The notes under the pieces were generated by a model. The model was not told the DNA's origin. It saw only the letters and a list, made by a program, of their open reading frames with translations, and made no database searches. Made by a program: the position numbers and the translations under genes. Below are positions 1-14,670 of a stretch of DNA of 64,000 bases, piece after piece (position 1 is the first letter of the stretch; the number at the start of each line of letters is the position of its first letter). This stretch comes from the human T2T-CHM13v2.0 reference genome, Homo sapiens, in NCBI RefSeq assembly GCF_009914755.1, contig NC_060948.1; one strand, given 5' to 3'.

Positions 1-1595
1 AAGCTTTCAGCCCAAACCCCACTCCTCCTTCTCCATCTGTTACCCATTCAAAAACCACCTCTGCCATTCTCCCTCTCCAGGAATTGGCTAGGGTTGAAGA
101 CATTGCTTATGTTCACTTCCTTACTCTATGATTTGTCACAAATCAAACAGCATCTGGGATGTTTCTCTGAAAATTCCTCTCATTATCACAGGGAATTCCT
201 ACACATAACCCAATCTTTAACTTAACTTATCATGACATTTATATAATTCTAACATTCATCCTCACCCCTGATGAAGAGCACTCAGCTAAATTGAAATGGA
301 TATCCAAGCTATGAATATATTCAACAGGCTTTTATGTATTTCTCATCATAAATCTTGTTTTCCTGGAAAAGTTTTTTCCCAAGTGAACTGAATTACTTGT
401 CTCCACTCTTGCCATGCTTCACGCAGGTATGAGAGACTCTAAAATGACTTATAGTGGCCTGGGACTCCTTGAGAAAACAGAAAAGTGCCACAAATCCCAT
501 TTGGGGAAAAATCTCTTTTTTCCTTATGGAACCCCTGTAATTAGAAGTGAATAAGTACCTCTCAAAATCTGTCTTTGTCTTTCACTTATACTTGCTTATT
601 AGATCATAGAGACTGTTTTCCTAGCCCTATTCTTTAATAAGTCCAATAACCTAATTGGTAAATTAGAAGGAAAAAAAAATCTTATAACTACTGGGTCTTC
701 TTCTGTTTTTCCTTGTGTGTGTGTGTGTTAGTGTGTGTGTGTGACTATATATGTGTTATATGTGCAATGTCTATTAAAAGAACTCTAATTAAGTGGCCTA
801 AAAAATAAGTACTTAATTTTTTTAAGGGAAAAAGTAAAAACTGTGGAACATTCTGTTTGTGTGACTTTAATTTTTAAAACTTACTGGTACAGTAAGATTA
901 GAAATGTCTTAAGAGTTGCCAGCATACATTTTTGCTTGCATTTATTAATCAAGCAATTTCATACTTATCACTGCAAAATACTATAAGGTTTCAAAATTTG
1001 GTATAGAGGCTGCAAAACTATAACTCAGCACAAACAGAATAATCTTTGCTTGTGTAATTTTTTAATAAATGAAACATTAATATTGGTTTAATAAATATAG
1101 CTACATCTTGAACTATTTAGTGAAATACCTAACTTCTAATCTTGTTAAAAGTTTTTATAAAACTTTTTATAACATTTTATAAAAGGGACTTTATGCAAGA
1201 AATGTTGAATAATTTAAAAGTGACTAGGCCTCCTGAATGCTTTTAGCTGTATATCTTCCTTGCTTTGCAGCTAGGTAAGACCTAGGACACATGGAGTTAA
1301 ATGGTGGAATAAGCCACACCTTATCTGCACTTCCTTCTACATCCTAGGCTCTACACCTAGTACATAATTAAAATCCCAAACTTACTAACAAAAGTAAAGT
1401 CTGCTAAAAATGAACATTGTAACATGTGTTTAAGACTATTGAAAATACAGTTTATATATACTTTTGGTAGAAAGATTATAAGGAGGCATAAGAATGTGGA
1501 TTTTTACCTACATTAAAAGGTTAAAGAATTGTTTTGAAGGTTTAAACAAGTTTTGGAAGCTTAATTGTAAAGGAACTTCTGTGTGTAAACACATA
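1..1595 (+). mobile_element. ERV1 internal region (MER83/MER4-group non-autonomous provirus, partial): gag capsid remnant plus AT-rich non-coding segment
   Basis: Colinear with ~47585-49245 of the provirus in this window. ~75-280 translates, with frameshifts, to LQELARVEDIAYVHF..DLSQIKQHLGCFSENSSHYHREFLHITQS..LTYHDIYIILTFILTPDEE, a gammaretroviral gag CA-like sequence. Confidence 0.85.
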
Positions 1596-2168
<573 letters not shown>

Positions 2169-2169
2169 A

Positions 2170-2310
2170 CCTTAAGGTAACTTTCTGAAGTCATGGAAAT
2201 GTTCTACATTTTAAATAAAATGTTGGTTATTTGAGAGTAAGCATTTATCAAAACTCATCAAATTGTACACTTAACATTGTGCATTTCATAGCACATAAAT
2301 TTTACTATAT
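2170..2310 (+). mobile_element. Old L1M (L1MD/ME-like) 3'UTR fragment
   Basis: atggaaatgttcta...tcaaaactcatcaaattgtacacttaa motif typical of old L1M 3' ends. Confidence 0.6.
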
Positions 2311-2675
2311 TTGTAGACAAAAAATTGAGATGTGAGGAAAACAAAATAAACTAGTTTGTCGTATAAAATAATTTTCTCAAATTCATAAAAGCTAATTATC
2401 TCATTGAAGTTATTCACTATATATTTTAAGAATAAAGAACAAAATCTACTGACATTTTGTTTGAAAATCTCTTTTTTTATACTTGGATAGTTATTTTATT
2501 CAAAAATATAAGGCTTCGCATGTTTACAGAGTAACAAGCACAGCTGGATGTTACTACGTTGCAGTTTTTTTCCTCCTAGATGGCTAGCCAAACTCTCCAA
2601 AAGAGACTCTGTACATTTATTTAAATAAATATGCATCTTTATGGAACTATATATGTGTGTGTATATATATATATA

Positions 2676-2910
2676 TTTAATTATACTTTAAGTTCTGGGT
2701 TACACGTGCAGAACGTGCAGGTTTGTTACATAGGTAAACACGTGCCATGGTGGTTTGCTGCACCTGTCAACCCCTCACCTACATTAGGTATTTCTCCTAA
2801 TATTATCCCTCCAAGCCCCACACGCCCCAACGGGCCCTGGTGTGTGATGCTCCCCTCCCTGTGTCCATGTGTTCTCATTGTTCAACTCCCACTTATGAGC
2901 GAGAACATGT
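2676..2910 (-). mobile_element. L1PA7/8-like 3' end fragment
   Basis: ttatactttaagttctggg..gtgcagaacgtgcaggtttgttacataggt..ccatggtggtttgctgcacc, the antisense L1PA 3'UTR. Confidence 0.9.
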
Positions 2911-3474
<564 letters not shown>

Positions 3475-3594
3475 GGTCCTCAGCCATAAACCTGTGATGG
3501 GTAGAAAAAAAAGATACATTTTTCTTCCTGAAAGAAGATCCTCAAAAAGTTAACAATAGAATAACCATGGAACCCTGCAATTCGTCTTACATGT

Positions 3595-4073
3595 ATTTAA
3601 GGGGAGTAAAAGCAAGATCTGCTTTTTACGCATCAGAAGTTTCATGGTTGAAACTCCTGTGACAAATGACAGATTAAGAAGAGAAAAGCATATACATTTA
3701 CTTAACATAAGCTTATAGACATGAGAACCTTCAGAAATAAGATCTGAAGACCCAGGATAAACTGTATGTTTATAAAGAGTAATCATGAAGTATAATTGGA
3801 GGACAAGAGAGTATGATCTAATGGTAAGGAAGGTTAAGGTTAGTGTTAGGGTAACTTTAACAAGACCTTCATATTCAGATTCCTCTTGGCCTCTAGCAAG
3901 GGGACAGCACCCTGTGAAATAAAAGTCTTGTGCCTTATTTTCAGGGAGAGAAAGAGGGAGACATTCACAGAGTAACCTTCTTGCTTTTTGTGTTTTTTTC
4001 AATTTCTTTCACCTCAAAACACTCAGTATGCCAAGGTGTCATATTTGGGGCTTTCAGTTTCTGAACCCTGACA
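3595..4073 (-). mobile_element. ERV1 solo LTR (MER34/MER39-like)
   Basis: Terminal gccaaggtgtcatatttgggg...tctgaaccctgaca resembles the reverse complement of the MER34/39-group 5' end. Confidence 0.65.
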
Positions 4074-4960
4074 GTATATACCCAAAAATTGAAAGTGGAG
4101 TCCCAAAATATATATCGACACCAATGTCCACAGCAGCATTACTCACAATTGCCAGGAGATGGAATTAACCCATGGGCATTAGCCGATAAATGGACAAACA
4201 AATGTAGTATGTATATGTATTATTTTGTTCTCATGCTGCTAATGAACACATACCAAGACTGGTTAATTTATAAAGGAAAGAGGCTTGATGAACTCAGTTT
4301 CATCTAGCTGGTGAGGCTTTAAAATCATGGTGGAAGGCAAGTAGGAGCAAAGTCAAGACTTACATGGCAGCAGGCAAGAGAGAGCTTGTGGAGGGGAACT
4401 CCCGTTTATAAACCATCAGATCTCATGAGACTTATTCACTACGACGAGAACAGTATGGGAGAAACTTCCCCCATGATTCTATTATCTCTACCTGGCCCCA
4501 CCCTTGATATGTAGAGATTATTATAATTCTAGGTGAGATGGGGGTTGGGGGAACAGCCAAACCATATCAGTACATAAAATACAGTCCTATTCAGCTTTTA
4601 AAATGAAAGAAATTGTGACACATAATACTACATGGATGAACCTTGAAAACATGCTTAGTGAAATGAGCCTTTCACAAAAGAACTAATTTTATATAATTCC
4701 ACTTCTGTGAGGTACTTGGAGTATCTGACCTTACATAGAGAGAAAGTAGAATTGTGGTTGCCACGGGCTGGGCAAGAGGTTAATGCAGAATTGCTGTTTC
4801 TGGGTACAGAGCTTGGTATGATTTAAAAGTTTTGGAGATGGAGGATGGCAATGGCTGTACAAAACAGGAATGCATTTATTGCCATTGAATTGGATATGTA
4901 AAAGTGGTTAAAGTTATCTATTTCATGTTTATATATTTTATCACAATAAAAAAAGAAACA
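4074..4960 (+). mobile_element. L1MA/MB 3' fragment, interrupted by THE1
   Basis: cacagcagcattactcacaattgcc...acatggatgaaccttgaaaacatgc...ttttatcacaataaaaaaa. Confidence 0.8.
4216..4569 (-). mobile_element. THE1 (ERVL-MaLR) solo LTR
   Basis: tgtatt..ttctcatgctgcta...acagccaaaccatatca; 354 bp; TSD gtata/gtaca. Confidence 0.92.
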
Positions 4961-6107
4961 GGAAATTTCACATTATAGTAAGTGGTCTGATTGACTTCAG
5001 CCTCTTATGTGAAAACCAAAATAAAGTATCATAGTACCACACCAAAACTCAAGTCACTCTCTCTCTCTCTCTCTCTCTGTTTCTATTTCTGTATTTGCAT
5101 TTATCCAGGCCCTTGTTGATATTTGAACTTAATAATTCAATCACAGACTGAATTATTTTCCTCTTCATTTTTTATCTTTCCTGTTTTTCATGTTGGAAAT
5201 GTTTTAAAGCAATCTTAACAACAACAACAAAAAAGTTGGGTAATAAAGTGGCCGGAAATGAAAAGAAGAGAACCTGAATATTCAGGCATACAATATAATG
5301 TTCTAACACCTGAAGAAAACATCATTTCTATAATTGTGTTGAACAAAATTTCTAGAGAATGAAAAATAAAATTTTAGAAGAGTAGGAATTAAACATCTTA
5401 TAGTGCCCTTGTCTCTCACATGGAGAAAATGATAGATTCTGTTTCATAGGTATGATAGTAAAAGAACACAGGATAAATGCATAACATGTATCATAAGTGT
5501 TTAATATATAATACAAACATCATATAAATTAATGATAAGAGACTCTCTTTGTGAGGGTGCATAAGAGACTCAGTCCAAATAAAAAAAACAAATTATAAAA
5601 TAAAATAACAAAACAGTACAAACTTCCAGATGCACTTCAGTGGGTAAAGGGATCCATAAACTGGTACATTTATGCCATTGAATACTGCTCATTAATTAAA
5701 GGAATGAACTTTTTTTGTCTGTGTGAGATCCTGGTCCTGGTCTGAAACTCCTGGACTCAAGTGATCCTCTCTCCTTGGCCTACCAAAGTGCCAGATTACA
5801 GATGTGAGCCAACATGCCTAGCCAAGAATGAAGTATTGATCTACACAAAACCTGGATGAGTTGAAAAGAATTTTCTAGGTGGAAAATGTCAGTAACCAAA
5901 GGTGACAGACTGTAAGAATTCATTTATATAAAATTATTAAAATGACAAATTATAGACATGGATGACAGTTGAAAGATTATCAGTAGTTAAGTAGTGATGG
6001 GTGTAGAAGGGTGACAGACTGTCTACAAATGGGGACATAGTGGGTTCTTGCGGTCATGGAAAGGTTCTATATCTTGATGGTATCAGCATCAATATTCTAA
6101 TCCTAAT

Positions 6108-6852
6108 TGTCTTAGTCAATTCAGGCTGCTGTAACTAATGATCACAGACGTGGTATGGCTGTGTCCACACCCAAATCTCAGCTTGAATAGTAATAATCCC
6201 CATGTATCAAGGGTGAGCCCAGGTGGAAATAATTGAATGATGCAGGTGGTTTTCCCCATACTGTTCTTGTGGTAGTGAATATATCTCATGAGATCTGATG
6301 ATTTTATAAATGGGAGTTCTCCTGACCAGATCCTCTTGCCTGCCACCATGTAAGACATGACTTTGCTCCTCATTTGCCTTTCACGATGATTGTGACACCT
6401 ACCCAGCCATGTGGAACTGTGAGTCCATTAAAACTCTTTCCTTTATAAATTACCCAGTCTCTGGTAATTTATAACATCATGAGAGCAGACTAATACAATC
6501 AACAGCCAGGTAGCTTACACACAAAATAAATTTATTTCTCACAGTTTTGGAAGCTGGAAGGCCAAGGTCAAGGCACCAGCACAGTTAATTAGGTTATGGA
6601 GAGGGCCCCCTTCTGGGTCATGGACAGTTGCCTTTTCAGTCCTATCATAGCAGAAGGGAGAAAGCAAGCCCCCCAAGGACACTTGTGAGGGCACAAATCC
6701 CATTCAGGAGGGCTCCAGCCTTACCATATTCCAGCCTCACCACCTTAACTAATATGTATGACCTCCCAAAGACCCCAATACCTAATACCATCACATTATT
6801 AGGTAAATCTTCAACATCTAAATCTTGGGAAGACAAAAGCATGCAGTCTACC
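6108..6852 (-). mobile_element. MLT1A-like MaLR LTR, interrupted by THE1
   Basis: tgtcttagtc.attcaggctgct...aatttatttctcacagttttggaagctggaag...cctaataccatcacatt. Confidence 0.8.
6146..6497 (+). mobile_element. THE1 solo LTR nested in MLT1A
   Basis: ggctgtgtcc.cacccaaatctca...cccagccatgtggaactgtgagtcc...cagactaataca. Confidence 0.92.
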
Positions 6853-8100
6853 AATGAGATTATAGTTTATCTTTGTAAGAAGTTACCATTGCAGTGAAGT
6901 GAAGAAAAATGTACGTACAATCTCCCTGTATGTTTCTTACAACTGCATGAGAATCCACCATTATTTCAAAATAAAGTGATTAACTTTAACTAATTACAAG
7001 TCAGACAACTAACTAGACAGATGCTGTGCTATCATAGAAAGGGAGATGAGGCATTTGGGAGAGCATCAGCCCATACAACACAATTTGTCAAACAAAAAAG
7101 CAAAGCCCATTGAACAGAACAAAAACAAAATAAAACATGGCAGAATCAAGACCAAAATGGACCTTAACAAGGAAATGTAAATGCAGTCATCTCACTAATT
7201 GCAAAGCAAGACTATCAGATGTGAATTTAAAATGTATGTGTATAAAAATAAACATAACATTTTTAAATTACTCAAATTTGAAAATAAAAATAGATGTCCA
7301 TATATATCTGTATATAATATATACCTCCTCATATATAAACTATACCTACATTATAAAACTAAAAATTTACATTATTTTTCAATGCCAATGAAATACTTAT
7401 AGTAAAGGCTGTGGGGTAGAATTTGTATAGATTATATTTTCTGACCATAATATGATAGAGCTCAAAAGGAATTAAAAGGGAATTTTTTTAAACTCACATA
7501 GGAACTACAGAGAAAAACCTACTGGAGCAAAAAAATAAGTGCAGCCTGCTATTTTGAGAAAGAAAACAATATAATATTAGAATAGGATAAGACAAATTTC
7601 AGATATATCATTGCAAATGTACTTGGAGGAAAATTATAGGTTCAAAAATGTTGCTTGATCAAAAAGAGTAAAATAAAATATTTTCTGAGGATTTTAGAAA
7701 CAAAAATATAAAAATGGCTTCAAAGAAAATTAATAAAATAAGGTCAAAAATATATGTTATATAGGAAAACAGGCTTTTATATTAATTCAGTTTTCTTTCT
7801 GAAAATAAACCAATAAACATTAAAACATGCATATGAATAAATTATCATAGGAAACAAAACACACTCATAACTGAGCTCACTCCTCTAGAAGCTAGATTTT
7901 TCATCAAAAATAATGATAATAATAATTGTGCAGACACAGTTTAGGAGTCAGGAAAATTAAATATTTGTTGAGAGAAAATGTTACAAGTGTATTTTCTGAA
8001 AATCTTAAAAATAGATAGGATACATGTTTATTCCTGTCATGATTCATAGTAAATGTTCTTATTGCTCAGTAAGTACCATCAGTTACAAGTTGCATTAATT

Positions 8101-8411
8101 GTAGGAAAGATGTGGTGGCTCACAACTGTAATCCCAATACTTTTTGGAACCCAAGGCCAGTGAATCACTTGAACCTAGATGTTTGAGACCAGCCTGGACA
8201 ACATAGTGAGACTCTGTCTCTACCAAAAAAAAAAAAAATTAGCTGGACCTGGTGGCAGGCATCTGTGGTCCCAGGCTACTAGAGATGCTGAGGTGAGAGG
8301 ATCTCTTGAGCCCAGGAAGCAGAGGTTGCAGTGAGTGGAGATGGCACCACTGCACTCCAGCCTGGGTAACAGAGCCAGACCCTGTCTCAAAAAAATACCA
8401 AATAAAAGTAG
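8101..8411 (+). mobile_element. AluJ
   Basis: Alu dimer; 14-bp TSD AAGTTGCATTAATT at 8087-8100 and 8412-8425. Confidence 0.93.
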
Positions 8412-8618
8412 AAGTTGCATTAATTCTGTACAATTCCAAGCATTATAAAAGTCAATTACTACATGTCATATTTAGATTTTAGTATGGCACATCAATACAA
8501 TAAAATAATACAATCGGAGAACAATATGAAATATAATTCTGTAACTACATGCAAATTTCAATAATCATTAAAAAGAAAAAAGTAAATTTCAGGGTTTCCA
8601 TATAATATTCCATTTATT

Positions 8619-8944
<326 letters not shown>

Positions 8945-9409
8945 ATAATATTCCATTTATTAACTTGGTTTCCTAACACTTTTAGAAGTATTCTACACTA
9001 CTTCTGCACCAACATAATGTGATATGTTTATGTTTTTACTACTAATAACTATGTTTGTTTTCATTATATTTAAAAAACTAATACATATTGCTCAGCTATG
9101 TGTTTTTATAGGAATGCACAAATTTGGAAATGGAAGTCTTAAGCCTATAGAGTTTTTTCTGAAGGCAGAAACTATTGGATGATATGTTTTGCATATGGCT
9201 TTTACTTTAAGAGTATTAATATTCTTGGAATATTTAATGATAAATCTTTGAATCTTGAGTTTCTGCTTTTTAGGAACAAGGTCACCCTGGAGAAACTATG
9301 CAAAAGCTCAAACCTGACTTTTTGAATACTCACCCAAGTGGCTAATGAACACAGGGATAAAAATCAATGAGTTTTATTTCTCTCCAGCTCAAATCTCTGT
9401 GGTTCTCAG

Positions 9410-9590
9410 AACACTGCTTTCACTTTCTGAGTTTACTTTCTAAATATTTCAAGTAAGAACAAAGATATTACCACCATCTACTCTATGCAGCTATTGTGAC
9501 AAGAAACACAGTAATGGTTATAATGATGGACACAGTGTGCATAAATCACTTTCCAGAGTCCCTGGCACTTAAGCACCACTCAGTGAATTT
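9410..9590 (+). mobile_element. MIR fragment
   Basis: Degenerate MIR core and 3' end (cctggcacttaagcaccactcagtgaat). Confidence 0.5.
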
Positions 9591-10779
9591 AAACATGTCT
9601 TCTAACAGTTGTCCTTGGTATTACTATAATTAATGACAACAATATTATTGTTATTAGTGGTGCCATTATTATTACTATTGCTATCACTAATAGTATTAGC
9701 AGCAACATCCTAATCTATTAGTGCTGTGGTTGGCATTGTTTCTCTTGTAGAAATCTGGAGAGAAGGCTGGCAAGTCTAATTTCTCTGCAGCATCCTATCT
9801 GTGTGTGGGGAGGGAGGTGGGTGGATAAGGGAAGGGGTTATGTGGTGCTGTTTTTTAGCATCAATACTCTCTTTGAAGGGCAGATGAAAGTTTTCCAAAA
9901 AGCCATGAGTCGTCTGTGATTTGACACTGTGTAAAAAAGCCCAAAGTGCCTAAAAATCCTCATGTATGTGGATGCACCTTTTTGACTCAGAATTCTCTAA
10001 GCCTATGACATCTCTGATTCAAATATTATTCAAAATGCTTTTTTCCAGAACCTAGGACAGTAGTTACATTTTGTTTTCTCATATATCTGAGAAAAGGCAG
10101 CTCTCTACTACTTCTGATATTACCGCAAATCCTGCTTACTATTCTGTGCACCCACAATACCGCCTCTGCTTGCTTCCAGAATATGGCTGATGGAACCAGG
10201 AAGCAGTTCAGAACTAGCATGAATGCATCTGAAATGAGCTGCCTTTTGACAAAGAAAGAGGTTTCAATTTTCTTAAGGCCATTTTTACAGCCCTTAAGGA
10301 ATAATTTTCAGAATACCATTCATCTTACTTTTTAGAATTTTCAACGTATTGAGTTGGTGATACATTTCATGGAAATAGACATTCTTCTCTAATTGGATGT
10401 TTAGAAATCATCACCACTCCCAATGATTTCTTAGTCCAGAAATCTTGGCTTTTTCCATGATCTGATATTCGTTGTAATATTCACCCAATGTTAGATTTTT
10501 TTCAAATTTCTGCAATAATTATATCATTTCTTCTCCCAAGGGGGAAGAAACTGCCTGTCTAAAGTCTTTTGGAAGGGAAGGGCTAAAACTTGGATATAAT
10601 TGTACATATTATACAACAATGCAGGCCATGTGCCACCATGGAGATGGGTGTAAAAGTAGCATTTTGGTTTCCCACAGGAATACAATTCCATTATTAAGGT
10701 GTGAGAAACCATGCAGAACAAATGATAAGACCCTCCCCACCTTTTCTTCAACAAACAAATGGAAAGAAAAATGAAGGAA

Positions 10780-11070
10780 GGCCAGTACAGTGGCTCATAC
10801 TTGCAATCCCCGCACTTCCTTGGGAGGCTGACGAAGGAAGATCACTTGGGCCCAGCACACAGGCCGGAGCCACAGAGTGAGACCCTCATCTCTACAAAAA
10901 ATTTAAAACTTAGACAGATGTGGTGGTGCACACCTGTGGTCCCAGCTACTCAGGAGACTGAGGCAAGAGGATTACTGGAGGCCAAATCAGGGTTGCAGTG
11001 AGCCATGGTTGTGCCTCTGCACTCCAGCCTGGGCAAGACAGGGAGACCCTGCCTAAAAAAATATAAAAGA
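10780..11070 (+). mobile_element. AluJ
   Basis: Diverged Alu dimer (ggccagtacagtggctcatac...gcactccagcctgggca). Confidence 0.9.
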
Positions 11071-11528
11071 GGGAACTATCCCTCAATACCCCATGTGGAA
11101 CTTGTCTGTAGAGAAGTCTCCCTTTATCCACAGTTTCTCTTTCTCTGGTTTTCAGTTACCACATCAACCAGGGTCCAAAAATATTAAATGGAAATAAATA
11201 GTTCATCAGTTTTAAATAGTGCACTATTCTTAGAGGTGTGAAGAAATCTCTAGCTTTCACTCTGTCTTTCCCATGTTGGGAATCCTGCCATGTCCAGCAA
11301 CTCCATGGCGTCTATGCATTCCCTCTATTACTCACTTGATAGCCACCTCAGTGATTACATTAACTATCACAGAATTGCAGCGCTTGTGTTCAAGTCACCT
11401 ATGAGTCACTGAATAGTGGCCCCAAAGTACAAGAGTAGTGATGCTGACATATTGTTGTAATTGACTACCAAGTAAATTATTATTAGTTTTTGTTGTTAAG
11501 TACCTTATTTATGAATTAAAATTTATCA

Positions 11529-11976
11529 TTGCCCAGTGCCATGGCTCATGGCTGTAATCTCAGCACTTTGGGATGCTGAAGCAGGAGGATTGTTTGAGCA
11601 CAGGGGTTAAAGACCACTCTGGGCAACATAGCATAACCTTCTCTCTACAAAAAAAAAAAAAAAAAAAAAAAGTCAAAAAAATTAGCTGGATATGGTGGTG
11701 CACAACTGTAGTCCCAGCTAATTGAGAGGCTGAAGTTGGAGTATCCCTTGAGCCCAGGAATTCAAGGACAGCCTAGGCAATATAGCAAGACCCCTGTCTC
11801 TAGAATAAATTTAAAAAAATTAGCCAAGCATGGTGCTGTGTGCTGCAGTTTCAGCTACTCAGGAAACCAAGGCAGGAGATCACTTGAGCCCAAGAATACG
11901 AGGCTGCAGTGAGCCATGATCACACCACTGCACTCCAGCCTAGACAACAGAGTGAGATCCCATCTCAAAATCAAAC
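11529..11976 (+). mobile_element. Three-monomer AluJ
   Basis: Left arm, chimeric middle arm, right arm; TSD aaaatttatca/aaaacttatca. Confidence 0.9.
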
Positions 11977-12018
11977 AAAACTTATCAAAGAAAAGTAATA
12001 CCATATATAGGGTTTGGT

Positions 12019-12670
12019 TCTCTATAGAGCTACTTTGAGATAGGTAATTTCATCCTAGAAAAAGATTCCATCTTACATTTCATAGGGTACCTTGCCAACG
12101 GGGACAAGATGTCTTATCAGATCAATAAAGACTGCACCCAAGAAGATAAGGACATAAGCAAGCACACTCTTCCATTGTCATTCATCACCTGAGGACTCTG
12201 TGGCAGGATTTCAGTAGCATAAAATAGCCATCCTCACTTGTAATAAGCATCCACCGTCTGCCACTAAAGCATCTACCCATGTTAAAGATGCATCCTTGCA
12301 AGATCAATGAACCTCCTGGTCTCTTTTTGTTCTTGTTACTCTCCCTGGACTAACCCTTTATTGTGTCCCTTTTCTGCTGAAGTTAAATGTTGCTTTGTTT
12401 GTTGTGGAATGCTTAATCTATAACATTTATATATTGGTTAAGTATACTATTATGTATGGTTTGCAATATTGACTGACTTGTGGAGTGGCTTGAGCCTGTG
12501 TGCCCAAGACTCTGACTACCAAGTCAATGGGAAGAACTAGAATTGTCCCCTTGGGAACTTCATGTAGCTCATGGCTTTCATTATTGAAATAGCATCAGTA
12601 AAATTCTGAACTTGTAGAAAGACACAAATATGCATGAACCTGGCTATCTCTGACCTTGCACCACTCACAC
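12019..12670 (+). mobile_element. LTR-like insertion in MER44B (family and strand not firmly assigned)
   Basis: ~650-bp block that interrupts the MER44B consensus at gggtttggt|..|taggtgctat; contains a gattccatctt LTR-type motif. Confidence 0.55.
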
Positions 12671-12980
12671 TAGGTGCTATATGAACTTCCAGGCATCCAC
12701 TCAAGGTCTTTTACATAACTCTCATGGACAAGGGAGTACTCCTATTTTGAGATTCAAACAATTAATTAAAATGGATTTGAAGCAATTGAGCATATATGAA
12801 CCCAGCCTTAATTGATGATATTAATATTTGATAATATTAAGGAAACACTGTTAAATTTTAAAGCACGATTATGCTGTTATTGTTGTGTTAAAAAGAAGTC
12901 CTTGCATTTAGACAAGTAACACATTATTTTGAATGAGGTTATATACTATGTCTTTTATAAATAACATATAAAGTGGTGAT

Positions 12981-13642
12981 TGTTTACCCAGACCGAAACA
13001 AGGGTTGGGCTGCTTATTCTCATGGCCCAATAACAAGATGCAGATGAACTTGAAAAGAAGAAAGTTTATTTCTGTAACTGAGTACTGGGAGAAGACTGGG
13101 AAAATATTGCCAGACCAACTAAAAATTACAGTTTTCCAGAGCTATACCTTCCAAGCTATATGTCTATGTCTAAGTGTACATTCATCTAAAGACATAAGTG
13201 ATTAATTCTTTTAATCTCTAACTAAGGGCTGAGTCCTGAAGACCCTCTAGAGCTTCAGTAAATTTACTTAATCTAAATGGGTCTAGGTGCTGGAGTGATT
13301 ACCCTTTTCTTTTCTCCAGCTAAATCATGGAGGTTTGGGGCATTCCTCTAGACCCCCAGTAAAACTTGTTTAAGGAGGTCTGGAGAGTTTCTTCAGACCT
13401 CCAGTAAAACTTGTTTAATCATAAATGGGTCCTGTTAAGAATTCCTTCATTATCTTGTAATGCTTCAAGGCCCAGGAGAGGCCTGGGCAAAACTCTTGGT
13501 GAGCTTTTGTTACATTCCAGCCTTTGTATGAGGACATCGGTTCTATCATCTTTTAATATTGAACTTCACCACTCAGTCAGTGCTGAGACAGTTGTAATGG
13601 AACCCTGCATGTTCAGCTGTTAGTGAGTCCTGGCCTGCCATA
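12981..13642 (-). mobile_element. ERV1 solo LTR (LTR15-like, tentative)
   Basis: Ends gttagtgagtcctggcctgccata, the reverse complement of TGTGGCAGGCCAGGTCTCACTAAC; internal 45-bp tandem unit. Confidence 0.7.
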
Positions 13643-13989
13643 GTTGTGCGACTCATGATTGCCCATCTATGGATAACTGCTGAAGCTAGTTACTATGTTT
13701 GTGGGACTTCATTATAATACACTATTATATATACAATATGTGTGTGTGTGTGTATGTATATATGTGTGTACATATATGTGAACATTTTTAAAATACATAT
13801 GTATTTGAGCTTTTTTATTTACAAAGCAAAGCAAGTCATTTTCACCAGATGGAATAACTTCTGACATCCAGTAAAAATACATCTTGATGACATATATGAT
13901 AAAAAACAATCTTTCGTAAATTATTAGCAAATTTAAATGATTAAAAAAACTGTGGGAAGTGAAGAAGTAGAAAGCTTCTATTTTGTGCA

Positions 13990-14330
13990 GTAATTCTAAG
14001 CTGGGACCCAGGCATCATCCGTCATCTGGTCTACCATTTTTATATGGTTTTTCTCCTCATGTTCACATAAGACCCACTCCACCACCAGCCATCCCAACTG
14101 CATTCAGAGCAGGAAACAGGAAAATCTGAATGGGAATTTTCACTGCAAGAGGTTATTGCTTATGTTCATTGACCAGATATGAGGCACAGACATGACTTTG
14201 CACCTCACTACAAAGTTAGCTGGGAAATCAAGCACCTTGGTGGTGTTGCCCTGTAGTGTGAGAAGACAAAGGGAAGTAAATTTGCTCGGGCATTGCAGGA
14301 GATAATGTACAATATCTGCTACAATAATTC
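13990..14330. mobile_element. Old MaLR (MLT1K/L-like) fragment
   Basis: gcttatgttcattgaccaga...tacaaag..agctgggaaat motif. Confidence 0.4.
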
Positions 14331-14670
14331 TATTTCTCCACCCAGTAAATAGTTGAGGAAGATAAGAGCCATGCATTTCAGGTCAATGAAATACTAGCAC
14401 AAAATGTGTAATATGGGACATTTTGGTCTGTTCTTTTCCCTGACATAATGCAAGTATGATGGAAATATTAATGAAGCCAGGTAAATTAAAGAAAATGACA
14501 AAGCAAGGAAATGGAAAAACCTTGAAAGCTCAAGGCCATCGCACACCTATTGTTTTGCTAGACATCTGTGAATATGGATCCATGAGCTTATTGTATGAAG
14601 ATGATCTTTACGTATGCTGAGAATGCTATTATTTTTATTAAGGTTATCATTATTATTAAAAGTAGTTGGT

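Larger units (their letters stand above)
5620..6990 (+). mobile_element. Old L1M 3' fragment hosting an Alu left-arm fragment (~5735-5825) and nested MaLR LTRs
   Basis: ataaactggtacat...cctggatgagttgaaaaga...catggaaaggttctatatcttgat; continues after 6855. Confidence 0.6.
11111..12742 (+). mobile_element. MER44B-like Tigger7 MITE, split by an Alu trimer and an LTR
   Basis: TIR-like ends (agtctccctttatcc ... ggacaagggagtact); internal ggccccaaagtacaagagtagtgatgctg; the pieces are colinear with the recalled consensus. Confidence 0.85.

Noticed and set aside
3550-4002. 150-aa ORF
   Set aside because: Lies within an ERV1 LTR; no recognisable domain; non-ATG start.
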